A stretch of 58,327 nt of DNA from a bacterium (GTDB lineage Bacteria; Spirochaetota; Spirochaetia; Treponematales; Treponemataceae): assembly GCA_963601995.1 (NCBI GenBank), contig CAVCIJ010000088.1:1-58327 (forward strand). Direction: 5' to 3'. A program made the translations under genes and the position numbers. A model generated the notes under the pieces. That model did no database searches. It was not told where the DNA came from and saw only the letters and a program-made list of their open reading frames with translations. Every line of letters begins with the position of its first letter. Positions within the stretch are counted from its first letter, which is position 1. Positions 32,430-42,307 of this stretch are shown piece by piece.

Positions 32430-32602
32430 TTTTCCACAGATTTTAAACACCTACTCAATGGAAAATAGAAAAAATTAAAAAATTCTAAATTCTTATAATA
32501 TAAAAAATTAGAATTTTTTACACATTTTATATTTAATGAAAATTCAGTTTATTCATAACTTATCCACAGAAAATAATAAAATAGAAAAATAATTGTGGAT
32601 AA
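32430..32602. promoter_or_regulatory. Distal DnaA-box cluster (left)
   Basis: TTTTCCACA 32430, TTATCCACA 32560, TGTGGATAA 32594. Confidence 0.7.
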
Positions 32603-32728
32603 ATATAAATTTATCTATACATATCAATAGTTTTTTTTTATTATAGTCATTTATAATTCACTATTATAGCGAATATTTTTTATGAAAATACTCCGCATCA
32701 TATTTTTACCAACTCAGGAGTCTAAACT

Positions 32729-32789
32729 AAAAAAAAAAGGCTGCCTTGTATAAAGTTAGAAAAACTTACAAGACAGCCCTCTTTTTTTT
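32729..32789. terminator. Intrinsic terminator after the OMP-like gene
   Basis: A-run, ggctgccttgta/tacaagacagcc stem, T-run. Confidence 0.7.
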
Positions 32790-32797
32790 AGAACAAA

Positions 32798-33304
32798 TTA
32801 CTGTTTTATAGAAACTCCAATACGAGGTGTTAATTCAAAAGAAAAACAAGTATAATCTGAAAGATCCAAAGCTATAGCCAAAGTTGGATACAAGCAAAAT
32901 GCAAGACCTAATCCAATATCAAAACGAACATTTTGATTTATAGGAACTAGACCATCAACATTTGTTGATAAACCAAAGCCAGGATAAATATAAGAATCTA
33001 ATGAAAATCTTCCGCCTGCAGACCAAACAATATAATCATTATTTACAATATTGTAACCAGTATCTACTTCTATATCACCAAATAAACTTTTAAAACCAAG
33101 ATTTACAGATAATTTATCCCAAACTAAACCTGCATGGAATCCAAAAATTTGATATCCAGAAGAATTCATAGAATCAACTCCATTTGTAAGAGCTATATTC
33201 ATTACAATTGGTTCATAACTAATAATTGTTTTATCAAGTGGCATCGCGAATACACTTCCCGACATCATCAATAATCCAACCAAAAAGAACACCTTTTTTT
33301 TCAT
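32798..33304 (-). CDS. Probable outer-membrane beta-barrel protein
   Basis: Start 33304 (GGAGG; MKKKVFF); signal peptide VFA-M; amphipathic strands; C-terminal PRIGVSIKQ. Confidence 0.65.
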   Translation of the reverse strand: MKKKVFFLVGLLMMSGSVFAMPLDKTIISYEPIVMNIALTNGVDSMNSSGYQIFGFHAGLVWDKLSVNLGFKSLFGDIEVDTGYNIVNNDYIVWSAGGRFSLDSYIYPGFGLSTNVDGLVPINQNVRFDIGLGLAFCLYPTLAIALDLSDYTCFSFELTPRIGVSIKQ

Positions 33305-33379
33305 AAAAAACCTCCAATAAATGATATTAGAAAACAATCCATTCACTCACATTTTAAATTGTTTTTCTAACACCATAGT

Positions 33380-33408
33380 ATTATAAGTCCCCCCCCAAAA
33401 AAAAACAA
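33380..33408 (-). promoter_or_regulatory. Putative promoter with a T9-G8 homopolymer spacer
   Basis: Minus strand TTGTTT-ttttttggggggggact(17bp)-TATAAC. Confidence 0.5.
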
Positions 33409-33536
33409 TTAAATTATAAAGTCTAAAGAATATAAAGAAATAGAATTTTTACGCTTAATATATTCTTTAAAAACAAAAAAAAAGTCCTTAAAATAAAATA
33501 TTTTAAGGACTAAAGTAAAGTTTCATTCAGCAAAAA

Positions 33537-36014
33537 TTATTTTTCTTCATCATTATCAATTCTGTCAACACCAACTACATAGTCTGGAGACCTTATATCA
33601 ACAATTCTAACTCCACTGCTTACCCTGCCGTATTCATTAACTTCCTTAGCTTCAAGGCGCAATGAAGTTCCCTGACTTGTAATACACATTATACTGTCAG
33701 ACTCTTTTATTGTAAGGGCACCAACTATTTCGCCTTTATCGTCTATGTTCCCAAAAACACGCTGACCGCCTGTTCCTCTTCCGTGAACGGAAAATTCATC
33801 AAACTTAACTCTTTTTCCGTATCCTTTTTCTGTAATAACAAAAAGACTTGTTCCTGAAATTACAGGAGTTGCTGCACAAAGTTCATCAGATTCAGAAAGT
33901 TTCATTCCGCAAACACCACGACTACTTCTTCCCATAGGTCTTACATCTTCTTCAGAAATACGAAGTGCCTGACCTCTGCGGCTAACAATCATTATTTCAA
34001 ATTTTCCTGATGAAAGAACTGTACTAACCAAACGATCTCCTTCATCAAGACGTATTGCTTGGATTCCTTTTGACTTTGCATTTTTCAATTCAATGGTAGG
34101 AGTTTTCTTTACGACGCCTTTTGCAGTTGCCATAAATAAATATTCAGAATCCTTAAATTCTTTAATTCTCTCAATAATTGTAATTTCTTCATTTGCAGAA
34201 ATTTGAAGAAGACTTTTTATATGTGAACCACGACTTGTTTTTCCTGACTCTGGAATTTCGTGAACCTTAACCCAATAAGCTTTTCCTAAATTTGTAATAA
34301 AAAGAAGATGATCGTGTGTAGAAGCAACGAACATTTGGCTTATAAAATCTTCATCAACAAGATTTGCTGAACTTGAGCCCTTTCCTCCCCTACCCTGACT
34401 TTTGTACTGACTTGCAGGAACTCTCTTTATGTAACCAAGTTTTGAAATGAGAATAACCATATCTTCTTCTTTTATCATATCTTCAACATTTATATTCTCA
34501 ACTTCGCTTGCAACAATATCAGTTTTGCGATCATCACCATAACGGGCAGCCAAATCAGAAATTTCTGTTTTTATAAGATTGAGTATTTTTTCATGATGCT
34601 CAAGCAAATCTTTACAATAAGAAATAAATTTCTGAAGTTCCTCCATTTCATTTTTTAATTCATCAATACGCAAATGAGTAAGCCTTTTAAGCTGCATATC
34701 AACAATTGCCTGAGCCTGAATATCATCAAAATTATATTCTTCGCACAAACCTTTTTTTGCTTCCTGCTCATCACGACTTCCGCGTATAATTTTTATGACT
34801 CTATCAATATTATTACTGTCAACCGCAATTATAAGAGCTTCCAAAATATGAGCTCGTGCCAATGCCTTATCAAGTTCAAATTGTGTTCTTCTTGTAATAA
34901 CTTCATCACGGTGATCAACAAAATGACTAATCAACTGCTTTAAAGTTAAAATTTGAGGATGAAGTTTATTTCCATCACTTTTATCAGTAACCAAAGCTAA
35001 ATTTATAATTCCAAAATTTGATTGAAGTTCAGTTTTTGCAAAAAGCTGATTAAGAACAATTTTTGTTACAGCACCACGCTTTAATTCCACAACCAAACGC
35101 ATTCCTGTACGATCAGAAGATTCGTCGTTTGCTTCAGCAACACCATCAATTACTTTATCTCTTATAAATTCTTTTATTTTTGTAATTATATGACTTGTAT
35201 TCACTCCGTAAGGAACTTCTGTAAAAACAATTGATTCCTTTCCGTTTTTCGCAGTTTCGATCGTAAACTTTGAACGAATTACAACTTTTCCGCGTCCTGT
35301 AGAATATGCTTTTTTAATTCCTTCAGTTCCATAAATAATTCCACCTGTAGGAAAATCAGGTCCCTTTATATATTTCATAGGTTCATCAATAGAAATTTCA
35401 GGATTATCAATATATGCACAAATTGCATCTGAAACTTCGCGAAGATTATGAGTAGGCATATTTGAAGCCATTCCAACTGCAATTCCAGTCGTTCCATTAC
35501 ACAGAAGAAAAGGAAATTTAGCTGGCAAAACAGAAGGTTCTTTTGTAGATTCATCAAAGTTTGGAATCATATCTACAGTATTTTTTTCAATGTCAAGAAC
35601 CATTTCCTCTGACATTTTTGACATTTTCGCTTCTGTATAACGATAGGCAGCCGCAGGATCTCCTGCTTGAGTTCCAAAATTTCCTTTTGGCGTAACCATT
35701 GTATAACGCTGAGAAAAATCTTGACCTAAACGAACAAGAGCATCATAAACTGAAGCATCTCCGTGCGGATGATAATGACCCAAAACTTCACCGACAATCG
35801 TAGCACATTTTTTAGTAGATCCGCTGTTTGCAAGATGAAGAGTATGCATTGCATAAATAATTCGGCGATGAACAGGTTTTAATCCATCACGAACATCAGG
35901 CAAAGCTCTTTGAACAATAACCGACATTGAATAATCAATATAAGCCTGTCTAACTTCATCCTCAATCGGAATTTGAATTACAGCACCGCCTTCTTTAGTA
36001 ATTATTTCGTCCAT
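33537..36014 (-). CDS. gyrA: DNA gyrase subunit A
   Basis: RDGLKPVHRR, HPHGD, AAYRYTEA, GyrA-box QGRGGKG. Confidence 0.98.
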   Translation of the reverse strand: MDEIITKEGGAVIQIPIEDEVRQAYIDYSMSVIVQRALPDVRDGLKPVHRRIIYAMHTLHLANSGSTKKCATIVGEVLGHYHPHGDASVYDALVRLGQDFSQRYTMVTPKGNFGTQAGDPAAAYRYTEAKMSKMSEEMVLDIEKNTVDMIPNFDESTKEPSVLPAKFPFLLCNGTTGIAVGMASNMPTHNLREVSDAICAYIDNPEISIDEPMKYIKGPDFPTGGIIYGTEGIKKAYSTGRGKVVIRSKFTIETAKNGKESIVFTEVPYGVNTSHIITKIKEFIRDKVIDGVAEANDESSDRTGMRLVVELKRGAVTKIVLNQLFAKTELQSNFGIINLALVTDKSDGNKLHPQILTLKQLISHFVDHRDEVITRRTQFELDKALARAHILEALIIAVDSNNIDRVIKIIRGSRDEQEAKKGLCEEYNFDDIQAQAIVDMQLKRLTHLRIDELKNEMEELQKFISYCKDLLEHHEKILNLIKTEISDLAARYGDDRKTDIVASEVENINVEDMIKEEDMVILISKLGYIKRVPASQYKSQGRGGKGSSSANLVDEDFISQMFVASTHDHLLFITNLGKAYWVKVHEIPESGKTSRGSHIKSLLQISANEEITIIERIKEFKDSEYLFMATAKGVVKKTPTIELKNAKSKGIQAIRLDEGDRLVSTVLSSGKFEIMIVSRRGQALRISEEDVRPMGRSSRGVCGMKLSESDELCAATPVISGTSLFVITEKGYGKRVKFDEFSVHGRGTGGQRVFGNIDDKGEIVGALTIKESDSIMCITSQGTSLRLEAKEVNEYGRVSSGVRIVDIRSPDYVVGVDRIDNDEEK

Positions 36015-36068
36015 TATTTTATTTCCCGTCTTTTTATTTTTTTATTAGAGAAAATTTCTAAAATTCAT

Positions 36069-38006
36069 TTAAAAATCTAAATTTGCAGAAGCTGCATTGT
36101 CTTCAATAAATTTTCTTCGAGGTTCTACTTCTTCACCCATACAAACACTGAAAATTCTATCAGCGGCAATAGCATCTGGAATTGTAACAACCTTCATTTT
36201 TCTGTGAGCAGGGTCCATTGTTGTTGACCAAAGTTCATCTCCATCCATTTCACCAAGTCCTTTGTAACGCTGCACAGAAGCCTTAGAAGACAAATCACCT
36301 AACTTTTCAAGTTCAGCACGTCGCTCTTCATCAGTATAAACATAAGTCATTTTTTTACCGACTTTTATTCCATATAATGGAGGCATTGCAAGATAAACAT
36401 ATCCCTTTTCAATCAATTCCGGCATATATCGGAAGAAAAAAGTTAAAAGCAAAGTTCGAATATGACTTCCATCAACATCAGCATCTGCCATAATAATTAC
36501 TTTATGATATCTAAGTTTATCAATATTAAAATCCTTACCAAAACCAGTTCCTAAAGCTGCAATCACTGGATTTAGTTTGTCATTATCACGGACTTTTTCC
36601 GGACGCACTTTTTCAACATTGAGCATTTTTCCCCAAAGAGGAAGAATTGCCTGATGTTTTGCATCTCTTCCTTTTTTTGCAGAACCGCCGGCCGAATCAC
36701 CTTCGACTATATAAACTTCACAAGAAGCAGGATCATTTTTTACAGAACAGTCAGCAAGTTTTGCAGGAAGTCCAAATCCGTCAGAAGAAACTTTTTTACG
36801 CATATTTTCTTTTGCCTTACGAGCAGCAATTCTGGCAGCAGCTTCTCCAACAGACTTATTTAAAATAATTTCTACAATTTGCGGATTCTGTTCACAGAAA
36901 AGAGTAAATTTTTCTTTTACAAGTTGATCAACATAAGTGCGAACTTCACTATTTCCAAGTTTAGTTTTTGTTTGTCCTTCAAACTGAGGTTCTGGAACTT
37001 TTATGGAAAGAATTGCTGTTAATCCTGAGCGAACATCATCTCCTGTAAGACGTTCTTTTTGATTTTTGTCATCAAGTTTTTTCAGCAATTTTTCACGTTT
37101 TTCAAGTTCCTTGTTAAGAACAACAGTAAGAGCAGTTTTAAATCCCTCAAGATGCGTTCCGCCTTCGCGAGTATTTATGTCATTTACATAAGAATGAACT
37201 GATTCAGAGTAACCGTCATTCCACTGCATTGAAACTTCAATCTGAACATCATTTTCTTCACCACATATATAAATCGGTTCAGGAGGAAAAACTTGCTTTC
37301 CTTCATTTAAATATGAAGTGTAATGCTTGATTCCGCCTTCAAAAATATATTCAACTTCTTTTGGCTTTTCCAAACGCTCATCTTTGAAAATAATTTTTAT
37401 TCCTGGATTTAAAAAGGCAAGTTCTCTTAAACGATTTGCAAGAACATCAAAATTATAAGTTGTTGTTTCCTTAAAAATTGCTGGATCAGACTTCCAGCGA
37501 ATCGTTGTTCCGTGTAAATCAGAATCTTCTAAAACTTCAACCTTTGTTTTTGGAATTCCAAGTTCATATTTTTGCTGATAATGTTTCCCGTCACGAAAAA
37601 TATCTGCTGTCATCCACGTAGAAAGAGCATTTACGCATGAAACTCCAACTCCATGTAATCCACCAGAAACTTTATAGGTAGATTTATCAAATTTTCCTCC
37701 AGCATGCAGTCTTGTTAAAACAAGTTCCAAAGCACTAACTTTTTCAGTTGGATGCATTGCTACAGGAATTCCGCGTCCATTATCTTCAACTCTACAAATA
37801 TCATTTTTTTCAAGTGCCACAATAATTCTATCGCAATAATGAGCCATTGCTTCATCAATACTGTTGTCTACAACTTCATAAACAAGATGATGCAAACCAT
37901 CAGGTCCTGTAGAACCAATGTACATTCCAGGACGCTTTCTTACGGCTTCAAGTCCATGTAAAACCTGAATACTTCCAGCATCATAAGAGTTGTTTTCGTT
38001 AGACAT
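36069..38006 (-). CDS. gyrB: DNA gyrase subunit B
   Basis: EVVDNSIDE, GGLHGVG, EGDSAGG, DADVDG, RYKGLGEM. Confidence 0.98.
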   Translation of the reverse strand: MSNENNSYDAGSIQVLHGLEAVRKRPGMYIGSTGPDGLHHLVYEVVDNSIDEAMAHYCDRIIVALEKNDICRVEDNGRGIPVAMHPTEKVSALELVLTRLHAGGKFDKSTYKVSGGLHGVGVSCVNALSTWMTADIFRDGKHYQQKYELGIPKTKVEVLEDSDLHGTTIRWKSDPAIFKETTTYNFDVLANRLRELAFLNPGIKIIFKDERLEKPKEVEYIFEGGIKHYTSYLNEGKQVFPPEPIYICGEENDVQIEVSMQWNDGYSESVHSYVNDINTREGGTHLEGFKTALTVVLNKELEKREKLLKKLDDKNQKERLTGDDVRSGLTAILSIKVPEPQFEGQTKTKLGNSEVRTYVDQLVKEKFTLFCEQNPQIVEIILNKSVGEAAARIAARKAKENMRKKVSSDGFGLPAKLADCSVKNDPASCEVYIVEGDSAGGSAKKGRDAKHQAILPLWGKMLNVEKVRPEKVRDNDKLNPVIAALGTGFGKDFNIDKLRYHKVIIMADADVDGSHIRTLLLTFFFRYMPELIEKGYVYLAMPPLYGIKVGKKMTYVYTDEERRAELEKLGDLSSKASVQRYKGLGEMDGDELWSTTMDPAHRKMKVVTIPDAIAADRIFSVCMGEEVEPRRKFIEDNAASANLDF

Positions 38007-38248
38007 TTTAAACCTCAGTTGTGATTTTTTTTACGGAAAAATTAGAAGGAAATTCTAAAAACTTTAGATTAGAACTAAGTTAAGAAAAATAAGTACTAAA
38101 ATTTGCTCTATAAAATTATATATAAGAAGTCTTTAGAAAATGCCTTGAGTACAAAATATAACTTTTTTAGCGTTAAAAGTAAAGATTTGTAAACTTTTGC
38201 AGAACTTAAGAAAAAAACATCTCTTAAAAATCAAAAAAATCCTAAATC

Positions 38249-38299
38249 TGTGGATAAATCTGTGGATAACTTTGTTTTTTTTATTTATAATAATTCTTT
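38249..38299 (+). promoter_or_regulatory. dnaA promoter with tandem DnaA boxes
   Basis: TGTGGATAA at 38249 and 38261; TATAAT at 38286, 8 nt before the ATG. Confidence 0.75.
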
Positions 38300-39742
38300 A
38301 TGAGCGAGCAAAATTTAAAAATATTTTGGGACGAAGCCTTAAATCAAATCAAAGAATCATACAACACAAAAGGAAAAACTGAAGACTTTAATCTTTGGTT
38401 CAATATGACTTATGTAGAAAGTTATGGAACTGATATAACTGTATCAGTACCTTCTTCTTTTATGTGGAAAAGACAAGTCGAAATGGGATTTGTATCTGAA
38501 GTCGAAAATAAAATTGAAGAACTTTGCGGACAAAAAATTACACTTAACTCAACAGTAGTAAAAAATACAAAACCATCTGTTTCTTCAAGTTCTGAAGTTA
38601 ACACACAAAATTCATTTCAAAAGGAAAATTTTTCTTCAAATTCACAAAATTTTTCAGATGATGAAAATTCTTCAAAATCTCAACAAACTCAAATTCAATT
38701 TAGAAAACATCCTCTTTTAAACGAGAAATTCACTTTTGAAAATTTCGTAAAAGGTGAAAATAATGAATTTGCTTATAGTGCAGCACTTTCAGCAGCAAAG
38801 GAACCTGGAAAAACCTATTCTCCTCTACTCTTATATGGAGGAGTTGGACTCGGAAAAACTCATCTTATGCAAGCTGTTGGAAATTATATTTACAATCATT
38901 TCCAAAATTCAAAAATTTGCTATGTAAGTGCAGAAGAATTTGCAAATGAATTTACAAAATCACTTCGTGACAATCAGCAGGAAAAATTTAAATTAAAATA
39001 TAGAGGACTTGATGTTCTTCTTCTTGATGACATTCATTTTTTGATTGGAAAAAAAGGAATTCAAGAAGAAATATTCTTTACATTTGAAGCTCTTTATCGT
39101 AATCACGCGCAAATGATTTTTACCTGCGACCGTCCACTAAGCGAATTAAAGGGAATTGAAGAAAGGCTTATGTCAAGATTCAGTTTAGGAACTCCAATCA
39201 ATTTGGATCCTCCAAGTTACGAAACTAGATGTGCAATTCTTCAGAAAAAAATAGTTTCATACAATACAGAAGTTAGTGATGATGTTATTGATTATATTGC
39301 AAAAACAATTCAATCAAATGTAAGAGATTTGGAATCAAGTTTAAAAATCGTTATAAACTATACAAGTTTAATTCACGAAAATCTTACAGTTGATATTGCT
39401 AAAAAACTTTTGAAAGATACTTTTACTCCAACTTCTCACGATTCAGTCAGCATAGATACAATTCAAAAAGTAATTGCAGATCATTACAACATTTCAATAA
39501 GCGATATAAAAAGCAAAAAAAGAAACAAAAAATTTGTTACTCCACGCAATATTGCAATTTACATAGGACGCGAACTTTGCGAATACTCATTTCCTGGACT
39601 TGCAGAAGAATTTGGAGGAAGAGATCATACAACCATAATGCACAGTTACAACAATATTGCTGAGCAAATAAAAGTAGATTCAACTCTAAACAATACAATT
39701 CAACTTTTGGAAAGGGAAATCAGAGAATACAAAAAATATTAA
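38300..39742 (+). CDS. dnaA: Chromosomal replication initiator DnaA
   Basis: GGVGLGKTHL, LLLDDIH, NVRDLE, GGRDHTTIMH. Confidence 0.99.
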   Translation: MSEQNLKIFWDEALNQIKESYNTKGKTEDFNLWFNMTYVESYGTDITVSVPSSFMWKRQVEMGFVSEVENKIEELCGQKITLNSTVVKNTKPSVSSSSEVNTQNSFQKENFSSNSQNFSDDENSSKSQQTQIQFRKHPLLNEKFTFENFVKGENNEFAYSAALSAAKEPGKTYSPLLLYGGVGLGKTHLMQAVGNYIYNHFQNSKICYVSAEEFANEFTKSLRDNQQEKFKLKYRGLDVLLLDDIHFLIGKKGIQEEIFFTFEALYRNHAQMIFTCDRPLSELKGIEERLMSRFSLGTPINLDPPSYETRCAILQKKIVSYNTEVSDDVIDYIAKTIQSNVRDLESSLKIVINYTSLIHENLTVDIAKKLLKDTFTPTSHDSVSIDTIQKVIADHYNISISDIKSKKRNKKFVTPRNIAIYIGRELCEYSFPGLAEEFGGRDHTTIMHSYNNIAEQIKVDSTLNNTIQLLEREIREYKKY

Positions 39743-40024
39743 ACTTTTACTTGTGGAAAACTATGTTTATATATGATACAATTCCGTTAAATTCTTGTGA
39801 ATTTGAAATCTGACTGTGAAAAAGTGCAATTTCTGTGAATTCAAAACGCTAGGTTTTACACTTTTTAATTTCTTTTAGAATAAGGAATTAAAATAGTTAT
39901 CCAAAGAATTCACAAGCATAATACTACTAATACTAAAATTTATAAATTTATAAATTTAGTTTAGTCTGTTAATAAATTTATACGAATATTTATATATAAA
40001 AAAAATCAAAAACAGGAGAAAAAA
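39743..40024. other. oriC: Replication origin oriC (unwinding region)
   Basis: DnaA-like boxes TGTGGAAAA 39752, TTATCCAAA 39897, GAATTCACA 39906; DnaA-trio array TAATACTACTAATACTAA 39919-39936; then AT-rich DNA. By eye, the + strand turns from C-rich to G-rich here. Confidence 0.85.
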
Positions 40025-41146
40025 ATGAAATTTACCTTTGATAAAAATGCGATGATAAAAGAAATTTCTATAGCACAAGAAATTATTTTTACTAAAAATT
40101 TAGGTTCTATTTTGTCGAATGTTTTACTTGTTGCTCAAAATAATTCTTTAACAATAAAAGCAACAGATATGAAAGTAAATTTTGAAACTCAGATTCCTGT
40201 TCAAATAGAAGAAGAAGGATCTACTATTATTTACTGTGATAAATTTATGGGAATTCTAAATTCTCTTCCAGAAGGAGAAATTGAATTTAAACAAATTTCT
40301 AATGGAGAAGAAAATTCTACTTCTGTCATAATAAAACCAACTACAAAAAATATTGAATTTACAATGCAAAGTATGACCCAAGAAAAATATCCTGAAGTCT
40401 ATTCTGCTGAAGATGCACCTTATTTTGAAGTTTCTTCAAAAGATATAAAAGATATGATAGCTCAAACTTATTTTGCTGTTAGTGAAGATGAAGTACGTTA
40501 CAATATGAATGGAGTTTTCTTTGAAAAAAAAGGTGACAGTCTTAATATGGTTGCAACTGATTCAAGAAGACTTAGTTTTGATTCAAAAGAAATTCTTGCA
40601 GGAGTAAATGATTTTCCTTCAGTGATTGTTCATCCAAAAGTGTTAAATATAATTTTAAAACACGCTCCTGAAGAAGGAAATATTTCTATTGCAATTCTTG
40701 AAAAAATGATTTTCTTTAAATTTGAAAATTATAAATTTGGTTCAGTTTTGATTGAAGGAAAATTTCCTGATTACACACGTGCAATTCCAGAAAATCAAAA
40801 ACACTTTTTTATTGTTCAAAAATCTGAACTAGCAGATGCTCTTCGTCGTGTAACACTTATGGTTGATAAAAAAGCAGGACGATTGTTCTTTAAAATATCT
40901 GATGGAGTTTTAAAAATTTCTTCGTCACAGTCGAATATGGGAAGTGCTGAGGAAGAAATTCCTTGCGAATATGCAGGAGATACTTATTTGATTGCTATGA
41001 ATAACAGATATGTAGAAGAACCTTTAAAAGCAATTGATTCAGATAGAATTGCTTTTGAATTTACAGAGCCAATGAGAGCAGTTACAATAAGACCTGAAAC
41101 GGCATCAGATTATTTCCACATTGTTATGCCGATGCAGCAGGAATAA
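40025..41146 (+). CDS. dnaN: DNA polymerase III beta sliding clamp
   Basis: MVATDSRRL, EGKFPDY, IVMPM; follows dnaA. Confidence 0.97.
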   Translation: MKFTFDKNAMIKEISIAQEIIFTKNLGSILSNVLLVAQNNSLTIKATDMKVNFETQIPVQIEEEGSTIIYCDKFMGILNSLPEGEIEFKQISNGEENSTSVIIKPTTKNIEFTMQSMTQEKYPEVYSAEDAPYFEVSSKDIKDMIAQTYFAVSEDEVRYNMNGVFFEKKGDSLNMVATDSRRLSFDSKEILAGVNDFPSVIVHPKVLNIILKHAPEEGNISIAILEKMIFFKFENYKFGSVLIEGKFPDYTRAIPENQKHFFIVQKSELADALRRVTLMVDKKAGRLFFKISDGVLKISSSQSNMGSAEEEIPCEYAGDTYLIAMNNRYVEEPLKAIDSDRIAFEFTEPMRAVTIRPETASDYFHIVMPMQQE

Positions 41147-41208
41147 AAAAACACTTTAATAAAAAATTAGAGTGTTTTAGCCTCTTGTTCTTTTTAATTA
41201 TAAATTCA

Positions 41209-42306
41209 GTGCCGTTTTTATCATTAATTCCGGTCAATTTTAGAAATCTCTCAAATAAAACTATCGATTTTTCTGCAAAGGAAATTTTTTTTGTAGGAAA
41301 AAATGGGCAGGGAAAAAGTAATCTTCTTGAATCTCTTTATTATTCAGCTTATGGCTCTTCTTTTAGAACTAGAATTGATTATGAAATAATAAGAAATGGA
41401 GAAGCTTCTTTTAAACTTCATACAATTTTCAGAGAAGAAGAAAGCGGAATTTCTCACACAACTTCAATTTATGTTGATAAAAATTCAAAAAAAATTGAAA
41501 AAGATGGAAAGAATTTAAAAGATCGAAAAGAACTTATAAATACGATGCCTTGTGTTCTTTATAATCATGATGATTTGGATTTTGTTATTGGAAGTCCGGA
41601 ACGTCGTCGTTTTTTTTTAGATCAGTCACTTTCAATGTATGATATTTTTTATATTGATATAATGCGTCGTTACAAACGTGTTTTGAAAAACAGAAACATT
41701 TGTCTTAAAGAAAAAAAATATGATTTGTTAGAGTCATTTGATATTCAACTTGTTCAAAATGGAATTGAAATTCAGCAGAAGAGAAAAAATGCAATTTTTA
41801 TATTTAATCAAATTTTTGGAAAACTTTATGAAAAAATAACAGGAATTGATGGGCTTGGAATAAAATATAGTCCTTCCTGGAAAAGTGAATTTGATATGCC
41901 TGATTTCAATGAAGCTATGGCTCAAGTTTTGAATCATCGGGAAATTGAAAAATTTATGTGTACAACAATGACAGGTCCTCATCGAGATAAAGTTATTTTT
42001 GTACGAAACGGTCAGCCTTTTGTTCCTACAGCGTCAACTGGACAAAGAAGATTAATTGCACTAATTTTGAGAACTTCTCAGGCTATTTTTTATACTCAAA
42101 TTACAAAACGTAAACCTGTAATCTTAATGGACGATGTTTTGCTTGAACTTGATCCTGAAAAGCGCAAAAAAGTAACAGAACTTCTTCCTGAATATGATCA
42201 ACTTTTTTGTACTTTTCTTGATGGTGAGCCTTACCAAAATTATATTCTTGGTTCAACAAAAATTTATTCTCTAAATCAAGGTGAATGGACAGAAATAGGA
42301 AAGTAA
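41209..42306 (+). CDS. recF: DNA replication/repair protein RecF
   Basis: GKNGQGKSNLLE, GPHRD, STGQRR, LMDDVLLELD. Start probably GTG at 41209. Confidence 0.95.
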   Translation: MPFLSLIPVNFRNLSNKTIDFSAKEIFFVGKNGQGKSNLLESLYYSAYGSSFRTRIDYEIIRNGEASFKLHTIFREEESGISHTTSIYVDKNSKKIEKDGKNLKDRKELINTMPCVLYNHDDLDFVIGSPERRRFFLDQSLSMYDIFYIDIMRRYKRVLKNRNICLKEKKYDLLESFDIQLVQNGIEIQQKRKNAIFIFNQIFGKLYEKITGIDGLGIKYSPSWKSEFDMPDFNEAMAQVLNHREIEKFMCTTMTGPHRDKVIFVRNGQPFVPTASTGQRRLIALILRTSQAIFYTQITKRKPVILMDDVLLELDPEKRKKVTELLPEYDQLFCTFLDGEPYQNYILGSTKIYSLNQGEWTEIGK

Positions 42307-42307
42307 A

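Noticed and set aside
31376..32797. Alternative oriC
   Set aside because: DnaA-trios, the dnaA-dnaN position and the apparent skew switch favour 39743-40024.
35375..35390. Pro in GyrA IDEPMKY where Leu is expected
   Set aside because: A single-base difference (CCT vs CTT); cannot be told apart from a sequencing error or neutral variant.
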